Positions 19,995 to 30,845 of a DNA stretch of 64,000 nt are shown piece after piece (positions within the stretch are counted from its first letter, which is position 1; the number at the start of each line of letters is the position of its first letter). Both the position numbers and the translations under genes were made by a program. The notes under the pieces are model-generated. The model did not search any database and was not told where the DNA came from. It worked only from the letters and a program-made list of their open reading frames with translations. The stretch comes from an uncultured Chloroflexia bacterium (GTDB taxonomy: Bacteria > Chloroflexota > Limnocylindria > Limnocylindrales > CSP1-4): positions 301,804 through 365,803 of the forward strand of contig CAVTHS010000010.1 of the NCBI GenBank assembly GCA_963734535.1, read 5' to 3'.

Positions 19995-20758
19995 ATGCTC
20001 GACCTCGCACCCTCCACAGGACCAGTCCCGCCGCCGTCGGCCGTCGACGCCGTTGCCACGGGACTCGGTCGGACGTTCGTCGACGCCATCGTCGCCGGGG
20101 ACTTCGATCGGCTCGAAACGCTGCTCGCGCCTGACGTGCGGTTCCGCGCGATCATCCCCGACGAATACCAGGAAGCCTCGACGGCCGCCGGCGCCCGCGC
20201 GCTCATCGAGGACTGGTTCGGCGGGACGGACCCCGGGAGCTGCTCGGCTCGACGGTCGAGCTTGTCGGCGACCGGCTGGCGCTCGGATACCGGCTCGAGC
20301 TGACCGAGGACGGCGAGCGGCGCATCGTCGAGCAGCACGTCGCAGCGACCGTCGATGGCGCGTCGATCCGCGACCTCGCCCTCGTCTGCTCCGGCTTCCG
20401 GCCGCTCGCCGCGGACCCGGCAGCGCGGTCGGACGCCACCGCGCGGACGCCTCGCCGGGGATGACCGCCACGCCGAGGCGCCGGCGTTCACGCCGGCCGC
20501 CCGCCTCGACGCAACGGGCCTGTCGTGCGCGACCTTGACCCCGACGATCTCCGCCACGGTCCGCGGGCTCGACGTCGGCGCCGTCCTGGAGATCGTCACC
20601 GACGACCCCGAGGCGGAGGAGGGCCTGCGGTCCTGGACGAGGCTCACCGGCAATGAGCTCGTCGCGGCCGAGGCCGGACCCGGGTCTGTCCGCCGCTTCC
20701 AGCATTCGTCGATCGCCGCGGGACGCGGCTACCGACCACCAGGAAAGGGACCGACTGA
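19995..20758 (+). CDS. SnoaL-like domain plus TusA-like sulfur carrier (apparent fusion, several frameshifts)
   Basis: FVDAIVAGDFDRLETLLAPDVRFRA...LALVCSGFRP, then LDATGLSCATL...GAVLEIVTDDPEAEEGLRSW; TGA overlaps next ATG. Confidence 0.7.
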
Positions 20759-21117
20759 TGGCCACGATCATCGTCAACGCAACGCACGGGCCGGAGGATC
20801 CGGAGCGGGCGACCCTGGCGTTCATCACCGGCAACGTGGCCGCGACCGCCGACCAGGACGCGATCGTGCTGCTCACGATCGAGGGCGCCTGGCTCGGGGT
20901 GCGAGGACGCGCCGACGTCGTCGCGCACCCCGGCATGCCGGCCCTCCGCGACGTGATGGCGCAGTTCGTCGCCGCCGGTGGCCGGATCTGGGCGTGCGGC
21001 GCGTGCACCAAGCCGCGGGCCATCACGCAGGATGACCTCGTGGAGGGGGCCACGATCGTGACGGCCGCCCAGGTCGTGGAGCTTCTTGCATCGGGCGCTG
21101 CTTCGCTTACCTTCTGA
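20758..21117 (+). CDS. DsrE family protein
   Basis: [30 protein letters not shown] motifs. Confidence 0.9.
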   Translation: MATIIVNATHGPEDPERATLAFITGNVAATADQDAIVLLTIEGAWLGVRGRADVVAHPGMPALRDVMAQFVAAGGRIWACGACTKPRAITQDDLVEGATIVTAAQVVELLASGAASLTF

Positions 21118-21122
21118 GCCTG

Positions 21123-24050
21123 ATGCGAACCGTCGGGCTGATCGGTCGCGAGCACGAGGCCAGGGAGCTTCGCGCCGCCGCCTCCGCTGCGAGGCGGCGG
21201 CGCGGCGGCCTGGTCCTCGTCGCCGGAGACGCCGGGATCGGCAAGACAGCCCTCGTCGAGCGGACGCTGGAGGGCCGCCTGCCGATCGTCCTGCGCGGGG
21301 CCGCCCGGGCCTCCGGCTCCGCCCCGTTCGACCCGCTCGTCGCGGCGATCCGGTCCCATCCCCGCTGGCCGGCGATCGCCGCCGAGCTGCTTCGCGACGT
21401 CCGGCGTCAGCGGCGCGGCCCGGGACGCCATCCGCTCGCTGTTCGGCGAGCTCGCACCCTCGGGTGGCCCGCGCGCGACCGATGCGGTGACGGCGGGGCC
21501 GGCCACCGACGGCGACCCGAACGCGACTCGCGACGCCGTGTGCCGGCTCGTCGTCGAGCTCGCCCGGATCGAGCCGCTGGCGGTCGTTCTCGACGACCTG
21601 CAGCGCGCCGACCACGCGACGATCGACGCGTTGCCCAGCCTCGCCCGGTCGGCGGCACGGGAGCCGCTGCTGGTCGTCGGGATCTACCGGACCGACGAGA
21701 TGCCGCGCTCGAGCCCGGTCCGGCGCCTGCGCGTCGAGCTGCGGCGGGACGGCCGACTGCACGAGATCGCCCTCGGCCCGCTCGACGCCGCGTCGACCGC
21801 CGCGCTCGCGGCCCGGACCCTCGGCGCCCGACCGGACGACCTCCTGGCCCAACGGCTCTTCGACCGGAGCCAGGGCCTGCCGCTGTTCGTGGAGGAGCTG
21901 TCCGCGGCGCTCCTCGCCGACGAGGCGATCGTGATCGCCGACGGCGTCGCGACGCTCGTCCGCGACGACCTGCCCATCCCGGAGACGCTGCGCGACAGCA
22001 TCCTCATCCGCGCCGACGGCATGCCGGCCGCCGAGCGGGAGGCGCTGGCGACGGCCGCGCTCCTCGGCGACGAGGTGGACGCGACGATCGTCGACGAGCT
22101 GGCTGGCGGGGACGACGCCTGGAGGCGCGCCGGGGTCGAGCGCGGGATCCTCGTCGCCCACGGAGAGGGCAGCGTCGCGTTCCGGCACGGGCTCGTGCGC
22201 GAGGTCCTGCTCGACGATCTGCCCTCGGCAGAGCGACGGACCCAGCATCGCCGGATCGCCGAGATCCTCGCGGCCCGCGGCGCGGAGCCGCTCGTCGTGG
22301 CCGAGCACTGGCTCCGCGCGGGCGAGACACACGAGGCCGTCGCCTGGCTCCTCTCCGCAGCCGAGGCGTCACGCCGCGTCCACGCGTACCGGGATGCCGC
22401 GAGCGCCTACCGGCGGGCGCTCGACGAGGACCGGGGCACGCTCGATTCGCCGCTCGACGTCCTCGAGCGCCTCGCCGTCGTGCCTCGAGCTGTCCGGGGG
22501 CCTCGGCGAGGCGGCGAGGACATGGGAGACGGCCGCCGCGTCGCGGAGGCGGACGGACGGCCCGATCTCGCCGGGGAGGACCAGCGGCGTCGCGCTCGGG
22601 TGCTCGAGGTCCAGGGCCGCTGGGCGCGGGCGATCGAGGCCCGACTTGCGGCCGTCACGGGGTTCGAGGCGGCGGGGCGTCCGGCGGAGGCGGCGACGGA
22701 ACGGCTGGCCGCCGCGGCCCATCTCCGGTCGGCGGCGGACTTCACGGCGGCGCTCGGGCTCCTGGACCTCGCCCGCACGGAGGCGCGCGAGGCAGGTCGG
22801 GCGGACCTCGAGGCGCGGGCGATCGGGCTCGAGGGGAACGTCCTCGCCCGGATGGGACAGGGCCGACGAGGGTCTCCCGCTCGTTCGCCAGGGCCTGTCG
22901 CTCGCGCTCGACGGCGGGCACACGACGGCGGCGGCCGAGCTGTTCCAGCGCCTCGCCGACTCCCTGGAGCACGCGGGCAGCTACGACCCGGCGCAGGGCG
23001 GCATACCTCGAAGGCGCCGACTACTGCCGGACGCGGTCCATCGAGCTCGACGGCCCAGCTCTGCCTGGCCTGCATGTCGGTGGTGCTGTGGCAGACTGGC
23101 GACTGGTCGGGGGCCGAGCGGACCTCGCGGGAGGTGATCGCCTCGGCGGATGCGGCGCAGCACGCGCGCGCCGTCGCGGAGGGGATCCTCGGGATCGTGG
23201 CCGCGCTCCGCGGCAGCGCCGGCCGGGCGCGGCCGCACCTCGAGGCGTCCCTGCATGCCGCCCGCCGGATCGAGCTTGCGGCCATGGAGCTCATCTCGAG
23301 CTGGGGCCTTGCCCTCTGCGATCGCCTCGATGGCGACGAGGCCGGCGCGGTCGAACGGTGCCGCCGGCTCCTTGCGCGCTGGGAGCGCACCGAGGAGCGG
23401 CACTACGTCGTGCCGGCCCTCCGCTGGGCCGCGACCGTGTTCGCCGAGCAGAGCGACGCGGCGGGGGTCCGTGCGTGCGCCGACGCGCTCGCGCGGATCG
23501 CCGCCCAGACCGCGCAGCCCGAGGCCATCGCGGCGCTGGCGACGACGCTCGGCGAGGCCGCCTCGCTCGAGGGCGACGCGGACGCCGCGGCGCGCACTTC
23601 GCCAGCGCGCTCGACGCCATCTCCGTCCGTGACCTGCCGCTCGAGCGCGCGGAGATCGGACGGCGCGCCGGCGTCGCCCTGGTCCGCGTCGGCCGCCGGG
23701 ACGACGGGGTCGGGGCGCTGGTTGCGGCCGCCCGCACGGCACGCCGCCTGGGTGCCACCCCGCTCGGCGTCATGATCGCGGCGGACCTGGCTGCCCTCGG
23801 CGAGCCGGTCGAGCGCCGGCTCGGCAGCCGGGAGGCGCGTCGGCTGGCCGACCGGGGCCTGACCCGGCGGGAGCTCGAGGTGATCCGGCACGTCGGGCAC
23901 GGCCTCACGAGCCGGGAGATCGGTGAGGCGCTGTTCATCAGCCGGCGCACCGTCGAGATGCACGTCGGCAGCGCGCTCACGAAGCTCGACTGCCGGACGC
24001 GCGCCGAGGCGGTCCAGCGGGTCGCCACGCTCGGCTTGCTGGCGACCTAG
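21123..24050 (+). CDS. Large ATP-binding LuxR-family (LAL/STAND) regulator, multiple frameshifts
   Basis: LIGREHE, Walker [31 protein letters not shown]-like middle, C-terminal LTRRELEV...[10 protein letters not shown]...KL. Confidence 0.9.
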   Translation: MRTVGLIGREHEARELRAAASAARRRRGGLVLVAGDAGIGKTALVERTLEGRLPIVLRGAARASGSAPFDPLVAAIRSHPRWPAIAAELLRDVRRQRRGPGRHPLAVRRARTLGWPARDRCGDGGAGHRRRPERDSRRRVPARRRARPDRAAGGRSRRPAARRPRDDRRVAQPRPVGGTGAAAGRRDLPDRRDAALEPGPAPARRAAAGRPTARDRPRPARRRVDRRARGPDPRRPTGRPPGPTALRPEPGPAAVRGGAVRGAPRRRGDRDRRRRRDARPRRPAHPGDAARQHPHPRRRHAGRRAGGAGDGRAPRRRGGRDDRRRAGWRGRRLEARRGRARDPRRPRRGQRRVPARARARGPARRSALGRATDPASPDRRDPRGPRRGAARRGRALAPRGRDTRGRRLAPLRSRGVTPRPRVPGCRERLPAGARRGPGHARFAARRPRAPRRRASSCPGASARRRGHGRRPPRRGGGRTARSRRGGPAASRSGARGPGPLGAGDRGPTCGRHGVRGGGASGGGGDGTAGRRGPSPVGGGLHGGARAPGPRPHGGARGRSGGPRGAGDRARGERPRPDGTGPTRVSRSFARACRSRSTAGTRRRRPSCSSASPTPWSTRAATTRRRAAYLEGADYCRTRSIELDGPALPGLHVGGAVADWRLVGGRADLAGGDRLGGCGAARARRRGGDPRDRGRAPRQRRPGAAAPRGVPACRPPDRACGHGAHLELGPCPLRSPRWRRGRRGRTVPPAPCALGAHRGAALRRAGPPLGRDRVRRAERRGGGPCVRRRARADRRPDRAARGHRGAGDDARRGRLARGRRGRRGAHFASALDAISVRDLPLERAEIGRRAGVALVRVGRRDDGVGALVAAARTARRLGATPLGVMIAADLAALGEPVERRLGSREARRLADRGLTRRELEVIRHVGHGLTSREIGEALFISRRTVEMHVGSALTKLDCRTRAEAVQRVATLGLLAT

Positions 24051-24247
24051 ACGAACGCGAGAAGTGTGAGCATGGCTGTCCTCGGAGCCTGGCGATGAGG
24101 CGCGGGTGACGGTCACCGTTCTGGAGCCTGCCGGACACGGTCGTGATCCGGCCAGCGCAACGCACGCCTGACCGGAGGTGCTTTCGCAACGCTTACCCGG
24201 GAGACTCGTATGATTGTTCGCATATGGGCAGGTTTCAGTAGAATTCG

Positions 24248-24940
24248 ATGAACACCGAAGGGAAGAGCGGGGCCCGCTGGATCGGCCTTGGCGAAGCGAG
24301 CGCGATGCTCGGGATCGCGCCCCCGACGCTGCGCCGGTGGGCCGACGACGGCAGGATCCCGGTCTTCACCACACCAGGTGGCCATCGCCGGTTCTCCCGG
24401 ACGGCCATCACGGCGCTGCTTCCCGTGGATCGCGCCCGCCGGCCGACGCTGGCGCGTCTGGGCGCCTCGCCCGAGCGCATCGCTCGGGCCTACCGGGGCC
24501 TGCATGGAGCCGGAGACCCGGCGCACGCCTCCTGGATCGACGGGCTGTCTCCCGAGCGCCGGATCATCTTCCGGGACCGCGGTCGCGCGCTGGTCGCCGT
24601 CCTGCTCGTGTACCTGGACGCGCCGGATGCGGCGGCGGCGAACGTCCGCCTGCAGGATGCGAAGCGGCTGGCGGCAGCCTACGGGCGCGAGGTCGCGGAA
24701 CTGGGATGGTCGATGACCGAGGCCGTCGAGAGCTTCCTGCGATTCCGCGCGCCATTCACCGAGGCCCTGGCGGCAGTGGCCCGCCGCCGCGGGCTCGACA
24801 CGCGAGAGGCGACCGATCTCCTCTCCCATGCCGAGGCGGCCACCGACTCACTCCTCGTTGCGCTCGTGACTGGCCATTCGCTGGCCACCGGGGAGCGCGA
24901 TGTCTCCCGCGCCAGGTCCCAGGCCCTGTCTGCAGAATGA
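24248..24940 (+). CDS. MerR/excisionase-type HTH regulator heading the heme operon
   Basis: WIGLGEASAMLGIAPPTLRRWADDG...TPGGHRRF; helical C-terminal domain; stop overlaps hemA ATG. Confidence 0.85.
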   Translation: MNTEGKSGARWIGLGEASAMLGIAPPTLRRWADDGRIPVFTTPGGHRRFSRTAITALLPVDRARRPTLARLGASPERIARAYRGLHGAGDPAHASWIDGLSPERRIIFRDRGRALVAVLLVYLDAPDAAAANVRLQDAKRLAAAYGREVAELGWSMTEAVESFLRFRAPFTEALAAVARRRGLDTREATDLLSHAEAATDSLLVALVTGHSLATGERDVSRARSQALSAE

Positions 24941-26102
24941 GCTCGGCACGCGTCGTCGCGCCTCGCGCAGGCCCCGGTCGCCAGTCGACCATGGCCGGCA
25001 TCCGCGCGATCACGGCCGATGCGGCAGTGATGGATTCCGCGGCCGTGACCGTCTCGCGGCTGCGCTGCGTGCGGCCGGCCTTGACGGCGGCCTCCTCCTC
25101 GAGACATGTCACCGGGTGGAGTACTACGGCGCCGGGACGCCCCGCGCGCTGGCTCGCGAGCTGCCAGCCAGGGGTGCCCGCGTCCTCGACGGCGTGGCCG
25201 CTGTGCGCCACCTGCTGCGCGTCGCCGCCGGGCTCGAGAGCGCGGTCGTCGGCGAGGACCAGATCCTCTCGCAGCTGCGCCGAGCCGCGGACGAGCTCGA
25301 GCCGGGGTCGACCGACCCCGTGCTCCACCGCCTTGCGCAATGCGCCCTGGGCCTCGGGAGACGCGTCCGGCGCACGGCGCGACCACGGGAGCGCGGCCTG
25401 GCCTCGACGGCGCTCACCTGGCTTGCGCCACGGATCGGCGGCTGGCCGCACGCCCGGATCCTCGTCGTCGGGGCGGGAGGCATGGGGACGGCGGCGGCGA
25501 TCGCGGCGCGGCGCCGCGGCTCCGATGTCACCGTCGCGACCCGCACGCCACGGCAATTGGCCGGGGGCCTTTCGGCGATCGGCCTCGACGCCGCGGCGCG
25601 ACTGGCCCCCGAGGTCGATGGAATCGTCGTTGCCCTCGGCGGGCCGTGGCTCCAGCTCGGCACGTTGACGACGCCGCTGCCGCCGATCGTGGACCTGTCC
25701 GCGCCCCCCGCCGTGCCCGCCACGATCCGCGAGACATCGACGACCATCGACATCGACGGGCTGTTCACGCTCGGTCGCGACGCTCGGCACATCTCCTCCG
25801 TCTTCGTCGCGCGGGCCGAGGCGGAGGTCGTCGCCGCCGAAGCCGCATTCCTGCGCTGGGTCGCCTCGCGACCGTCGGCGACAGCCGCGCGACGGCTTCG
25901 CGACCAGGGTCGACGGCACGCCGAGCTGCGGGCAGAAGCCGCGCTGCGCCGGCTCCCGGGCCTCGACGATCGCGGGCAGGCGATCGTGCGACGACTGGCC
26001 GCGCAGGTCGCCGCGGACTTGCTCCACGCCCCGCTGTCCCGGCTCGGCACGGACGCCTCGGGCCAAGCCAACGAGGCGGTCCGAATCCTGTTCGACGTGT
26101 GA
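24937..26102 (+). CDS. hemA: Glutamyl-tRNA reductase (divergent; frameshift near 25040)
   Basis: ETCHRVE catalytic Cys, HLLRVAAGLESAVVGEDQILSQ, GAGGMG, IVDLSAP, LLHAP. Confidence 0.85.
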
Positions 26103-26986
26103 TCACGCTCCGGTTGGGAACGCGCGGATCCACGCTTGCGCGAACACAGGCGGGAATCGTCGCCGAGATGCTGGTGAGCCGTGGCTCCCGCGTCGAGATC
26201 GTGACGATCGTCACCGCGGGCGATGTGCGTGCCGTGGACACCGCGTGGGGCGAGGGAGCGTTCGTCGGCGCGCTGGAGCGGGCGCTCCTCGAGGGGCGGA
26301 TCGACCTTGCGACCCATTCGGCCAAGGACGTCCCGCTTGACACGGCGCTGCCCATCGCCGCGTATCCGGTCCGCGAAGAGTCGCGCGACGTCCTCGTGAC
26401 GCGCGCCGGGGGGCTCAGCCTCGCCTCGCTGCCCGAGGGTGCCGTCGTGGGCACCGACAGCCCCCGTCGAGCCGGGTTCCTTCGGGCCGAGCGCCCTGAC
26501 CTGCGAGTCGTCCCCCTTCATGGGAACGTCGACACGCGACTTCGCCGGCTCGATGCCGGCGACGTCGACGCCCTGATCCTTGCTGCCGCCGGGCTCCGAC
26601 GCCTTGGCCTGGCGGATCGCATCGATGTCGTTCTCGACGCCCGTGTGATGCCCCCGGCCCCGGGCCAAGGCGCGCTCGCGGTCCAGGTGCGGAATGGTGG
26701 CGACGACGTCGCCGCGCGCGTCGGTGAGATCGACGACACGGCGGTGCGAGCCGCCGTCGTGTGCGAGCGGGCGACGCTCGCGGCTGCGGGCGGTGGGTGC
26801 CGGGCGCCGCTCGGCGCGACCGCTGAGATCGTCGCCGAGCAGATCCGGCTGACAGCCGGTTTCGTGGCCGAGGATGGGAGGGGCAGGCTCATCGTGGAGC
26901 GGGACGCTCCCCGGACCGATGCGCTGCGGCTGGCCGAGGAGACCGCCTCCGCGTTCCTCGCCGCCGGCTATCGAGGCGGATCATGA
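26099..26986 (+). CDS. hemC: Hydroxymethylbilane synthase
   Basis: LGTRGSTLA, HSAKDVP, GTDSPRR, GNVDTRLRRL, PAPGQGAL, GGGCRAP. Confidence 0.95.
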   Translation: MITLRLGTRGSTLARTQAGIVAEMLVSRGSRVEIVTIVTAGDVRAVDTAWGEGAFVGALERALLEGRIDLATHSAKDVPLDTALPIAAYPVREESRDVLVTRAGGLSLASLPEGAVVGTDSPRRAGFLRAERPDLRVVPLHGNVDTRLRRLDAGDVDALILAAAGLRRLGLADRIDVVLDARVMPPAPGQGALAVQVRNGGDDVAARVGEIDDTAVRAAVVCERATLAAAGGGCRAPLGATAEIVAEQIRLTAGFVAEDGRGRLIVERDAPRTDALRLAEETASAFLAAGYRGGS

Positions 26987-27762
26987 CCCCCACGGTCCTG
27001 TCGACACGACCTGAAGGAGATCGGGACGCGCTGGTCACGGCCCTCCGAGCCGCCGGCCTCCACTGCCTGGCGGTCCCGACCGTTGCCACGGTCGCGGTCG
27101 GGGGAACGGACCTGCTCGAGGCCCTCGCGTGCCTGCCGGACGGCGGCTGGGTGGGGGTCACGAGCCGGGCGGGCGCGCGTGCCGCGCTCGACGCGCTCCG
27201 GGACGCGGGCAGAAGTCCCGCAGACCTGCGGTGGGCAAGTGTGGGTTCGGCGACGACGTCCACGCTCGCCGGTGCAGGCGTTCGCGTGGAGGTCGAGGCC
27301 GCGGACTCGGGCGGCGCAGCCCTGGGCCACGCCATCGAGCCGGGGCGGGATCTGAGCGGGATCCAGCTCGTGCTGCCCCGCTCGGATCTCGCCTCCGCGG
27401 ACCTGACAACGGTGCTCCGCCGCCGCGGAGCCACGGTCTACGACGTCGTCGCATACCGGACGATCGAGGGTCCGCCTGCGAACCTCCTGTCGCTGCGCCG
27501 CGCGCTCTCGCAGCCGGACCTGGCCGCCATCGTCTTTGCCTCGGGATCGGCCGTCCGGGGGCTCGTCGCCCTCGCCGGAGATGCCGCCGCGGCCGCGCTG
27601 GGCCGGACAGCCCTCGTCTCCATCGGCCCGTCGACGAGCCGCGTCCTCCGCGGCCTCGGCATGGAGGTGGCCGCCGAGGCCGCGGCGCCGACCGTCTCCG
27701 GTCTCGTCGAGGCCGTCCTCGCGACCATCCCCGCTCCCCTCCGCGATCGCGAAAGGTCGTAA
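26983..27762 (+). CDS. hemD: Uroporphyrinogen-III synthase
   Basis: VLSTRP, VTSRAG, VGSAT, VVAYRT, FASGSAV, SIGPSTS; operon position. Confidence 0.9.
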   Translation: MTPTVLSTRPEGDRDALVTALRAAGLHCLAVPTVATVAVGGTDLLEALACLPDGGWVGVTSRAGARAALDALRDAGRSPADLRWASVGSATTSTLAGAGVRVEVEAADSGGAALGHAIEPGRDLSGIQLVLPRSDLASADLTTVLRRRGATVYDVVAYRTIEGPPANLLSLRRALSQPDLAAIVFASGSAVRGLVALAGDAAAAALGRTALVSIGPSTSRVLRGLGMEVAAEAAAPTVSGLVEAVLATIPAPLRDRERS

Positions 27763-27764
27763 CC

Positions 27765-28793
27765 GTGACTTCGATCATCGACCCCAGCCCAGGCGCGCGA
27801 TCTGCCGCCTCGGATCTCCCCGTCAGCCACCGCCTCCGGCGCCTCCGCACAACCCCGGCGATGCGCTCGCTCGTGCGCGAGACGCGCCTGGTGCCCGCCC
27901 GACTCGTCGCGCCGCTGTTCGTTCACGACGTGCCGGGCACCTCTCCGATCGAGAGCCTTCGCGGTCAGCAACGGCTCGACGTCCCGGCGACCGTGGCGAC
28001 GGCTCGCGAGCTGGCCACGCTCGGGGTCGGCGGCGTGCTCCTGTTCGGGATCCCGGCGGTCAAGGACCCGAATGGCATCGCCGCCGCCGATCCGGAAGGG
28101 CCGGTTGCACGCGCTCTGCGGGCGCTTCGCGAGGCGACGCTCCCGCTCGTGCTCATCGCCGACGTCTGCCTCTGCGAGTACACGACTCACGGCCACTGCG
28201 GGGTGCTCGACGGCGAGCGGATCGCGAACGACGCGTCGCTCCCTCGCCTCTCTGATGCCGCCGTCACGTACGCGCGCGCGGGCGCCGACATCGTCGCCCC
28301 GTCCGCGATGCTGGACGGCCAGGTTGCGGCGATCCGGGCCGGCCTCGACCATGCCGGCCTGGTCGATACGGCGATCCTCGCCTATGCCTCGAAGCACGCG
28401 TCGGGCCTCTACGGCCCGTTCCGTCATGCCGCCGGTTCGATGCCCGCGTTCGGCGACCGCCGCTCCCACCAGATGGACCCGGCGAATGGTCGCGAGGCAC
28501 TTCGCGAGATGGCCACGGACGTCGCCGAGGGCGCCGACATGCTCATGGTGAAGCCCGCCATCACCTCGCTCGACCTGCTGGCCCGCGCCCGTGAGCGCTT
28601 CGATGTCCCGCTGGCGGCGTACCAGGTCTCGGGAGAGCTGGCGATGCTGGAGGCCGCGGCCGAACGTGGCTGGCTCGACCGCCGGCGCGTGGGCCTGGAG
28701 CTGCTGACCGCGCTTGCCCGCGGGGGCGCCGACCTGCTGATCACGTACCTCGCGGCCGACGCGGCCCGGTGGCTGGAGGATCCCGATGCCTGA
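27765..28793 (+). CDS. hemB: Porphobilinogen synthase (Zn type)
   Basis: RLRRLR, DVCLCEYTTHGHCG, APSAMLDG, GDRRSHQMDP, MVKP, AYQVSGE. Confidence 0.96.
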   Translation: MTSIIDPSPGARSAASDLPVSHRLRRLRTTPAMRSLVRETRLVPARLVAPLFVHDVPGTSPIESLRGQQRLDVPATVATARELATLGVGGVLLFGIPAVKDPNGIAAADPEGPVARALRALREATLPLVLIADVCLCEYTTHGHCGVLDGERIANDASLPRLSDAAVTYARAGADIVAPSAMLDGQVAAIRAGLDHAGLVDTAILAYASKHASGLYGPFRHAAGSMPAFGDRRSHQMDPANGREALREMATDVAEGADMLMVKPAITSLDLLARARERFDVPLAAYQVSGELAMLEAAAERGWLDRRRVGLELLTALARGGADLLITYLAADAARWLEDPDA

Positions 28794-29565
28794 TTCGTAC
28801 GTTCATGCGCTGGCCCTCGGCCTCGACCCGGCGTGGCGTCGCCTCCCGGCGGATGAGCGGCGCGAGACGGCCGCCGCATTTGCGGAGGCGGTCGCGACCG
28901 ACGAACGCGTGCGGACGGAGACGTATTCCATGATCGGGCTCAAGACGGGCGTCGACCTGCTCGTCTGGCGGCTCGGCCCTTCGTTGGACGTGCTTGAGGT
29001 GGCGGCAGCGCGGGCGCTTCGGACCGGGATTGGTGGCTGGCTGTCCGTCCGGCAGAGCTTCGTCGGGCTGATCCGTGGCTCGCAGTACGTGGCCAGGCCG
29101 AGCAGCCAGGAGCAGTCCCTGTTCGACGGCGACCGGTCCCGCTACCTGATCGTCTATCCGTTCACCAAGTCGACCGACTGGTACCTCACTGCGAAGGAGG
29201 TCCGCCAGGGCTCGATGAACGAGCACATGAAGGTAGGGCACGACTACCCGCAGGTTCGCCAGCTGCTGGCCTACTCGTTCGGCCTCGACGACCAGGACTT
29301 CCTGGTGGCCTACGAGACCGATGATCTGCCGGCGTTCTCGTCGCTCGTCCACAACCTCCGCAGCACCGAAGGTCGCCGATCGACGGTCCGCGACACGCCG
29401 ATCCTCGCCGCCATCCACCGCCCGATCGGCGAGATCCTGGCGATGCTCGGCGCAGCCGAGAACGGGGTGCCGGCGACGCGAGGGACGGGTGCGGCTCCCT
29501 CCGCCACCTCGGGCCGGGTCGAGGCGCCCGTCCTGGCCGGGCCTGGCGCCGGGGAGGACCGTTGA
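28786..29565 (+). CDS. hemQ: Coproheme decarboxylase (chlorite dismutase family)
   Basis: VYPFTKSTDWY (catalytic Tyr/Lys), MNEH proximal His, YSFGLDDQDFLVAYE, RDTP. Confidence 0.88.
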   Translation: MPDSYVHALALGLDPAWRRLPADERRETAAAFAEAVATDERVRTETYSMIGLKTGVDLLVWRLGPSLDVLEVAAARALRTGIGGWLSVRQSFVGLIRGSQYVARPSSQEQSLFDGDRSRYLIVYPFTKSTDWYLTAKEVRQGSMNEHMKVGHDYPQVRQLLAYSFGLDDQDFLVAYETDDLPAFSSLVHNLRSTEGRRSTVRDTPILAAIHRPIGEILAMLGAAENGVPATRGTGAAPSATSGRVEAPVLAGPGAGEDR

Positions 29566-30845
29566 CGGAGCTCGGCCCGATTTCGGACGACCTTCGCGCG
29601 CGCGCCGCGGACCTCTTTCCCGGCGGGGTCAACAGCCCCGTCCGCGCATATCGCGCTGTCGGCGGCGCTCCGCCGATCCTGGTGCGTGGCGCGGGCGCCA
29701 CTGTGTGGGACGCGGACGGGACCGCGTACCTCGACTACGTCGCGGCGTTCGGACCGCTCCCCCTCGGCCACGGTCACCCGGCGGTGGTCCAGGCGATCCA
29801 CGACGAGGCTGTCAACGGGGGTCCCTTCGGCGCGACGGGGCCGCTCGAGGTGGAGCTCGGACAGCGTATCCGCGAGGCGATGCCGTCCGTGGAGCGGCTG
29901 CGGTTCGTGAGCTCCGGGACCGAGGCGGTGATGAGCGTGCTTCGCGTCGCTCGGGCGGCGACAGGTCGCGACCTGGTGCTCAAGTTCGAGGGCGGCTACC
30001 ACGGCCACGCGGACGCCCTCCTGGCGAAGGCGGGATCCGGGCTTGCGACCCTTGCGATGCCCGCCAGCGGCGGCGTGCCCCGAGCCGTCGCCGGCACGAC
30101 TCGCCTCGCCCGCTACAACGACCTCGAGAGCGTGCGCGACGCGTTCGAGGCCGAACCGCACGGGATCGCGGCGGTCATCGTCGAGCCGGTCGCGGCGAAC
30201 ATGGGCGTCGTACCGCCGGTCACGGGGTTCCTCGACGGCCTGCGGGAGCTGGCGACCCGGTATGGCGCGCTTCTTGTCTTCGACGAGGTCATCACTGGGT
30301 TCCGCGTCGCACGCGGCGGTGCCCAGGCCTGGACAGGGGTGAGGCCGGACCTGACGACGCTCGGCAAGGTCATCGGGGGCGGGATGCCCGTCGGCGCGTA
30401 TGGCGGCCGGGCGGACCTCATCGACCTCGTCGCGCCTGCCGGGCCCGTCTACCAGGCCGGGACCCTCTCCGGACACCCGGTCGCGATGGCAGCCGGGATC
30501 GCGGCCCTGGACGCCCTGACCGGCGAGGCGTACGCACGGCTCGAGTCGCTGGGTGCGCTGCTCGAGGCAGGCCTCTCGGACGCGGTGCACCTGACCGCCC
30601 GGGCGGCGAGCGTGGCCCGCGTGGGCTCGCTCCTGACGCTGTTCTTCCGCCCGTGGGCGCCGCGGGACTTCGACGAGGTCGCCGAGTGCGACGGCGAGGC
30701 ATACGCGCGGTTCTTCCGGGCGATGCGCGAGGAGGGAATCCTGCTCCCGCCGTCCCAGCAGGAGGCGTGGTTCGTGTCGACCGCCCACACCGAGGCGGAT
30801 GTGAAGCGCACGATCGAGGCGGCCGGCCGGGCGCTGGCGACATGA
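29562..30845 (+). CDS. hemL: Glutamate-1-semialdehyde 2,1-aminomutase
   Basis: PGGVNSPVRA, SSGTEA, FEGGYHGH, FDEVITGFR, GKVIGGGMP, YQAGTLSG. Confidence 0.97.
   Translation: MTELGPISDDLRARAADLFPGGVNSPVRAYRAVGGAPPILVRGAGATVWDADGTAYLDYVAAFGPLPLGHGHPAVVQAIHDEAVNGGPFGATGPLEVELGQRIREAMPSVERLRFVSSGTEAVMSVLRVARAATGRDLVLKFEGGYHGHADALLAKAGSGLATLAMPASGGVPRAVAGTTRLARYNDLESVRDAFEAEPHGIAAVIVEPVAANMGVVPPVTGFLDGLRELATRYGALLVFDEVITGFRVARGGAQAWTGVRPDLTTLGKVIGGGMPVGAYGGRADLIDLVAPAGPVYQAGTLSGHPVAMAAGIAALDALTGEAYARLESLGALLEAGLSDAVHLTARAASVARVGSLLTLFFRPWAPRDFDEVAECDGEAYARFFRAMREEGILLPPSQQEAWFVSTAHTEADVKRTIEAAGRALAT

Noticed and set aside
28786-29565. True chlorite dismutase
   Set aside because: Heme-operon context and the YPFxK Tyr/Lys motif fit coproheme decarboxylase.
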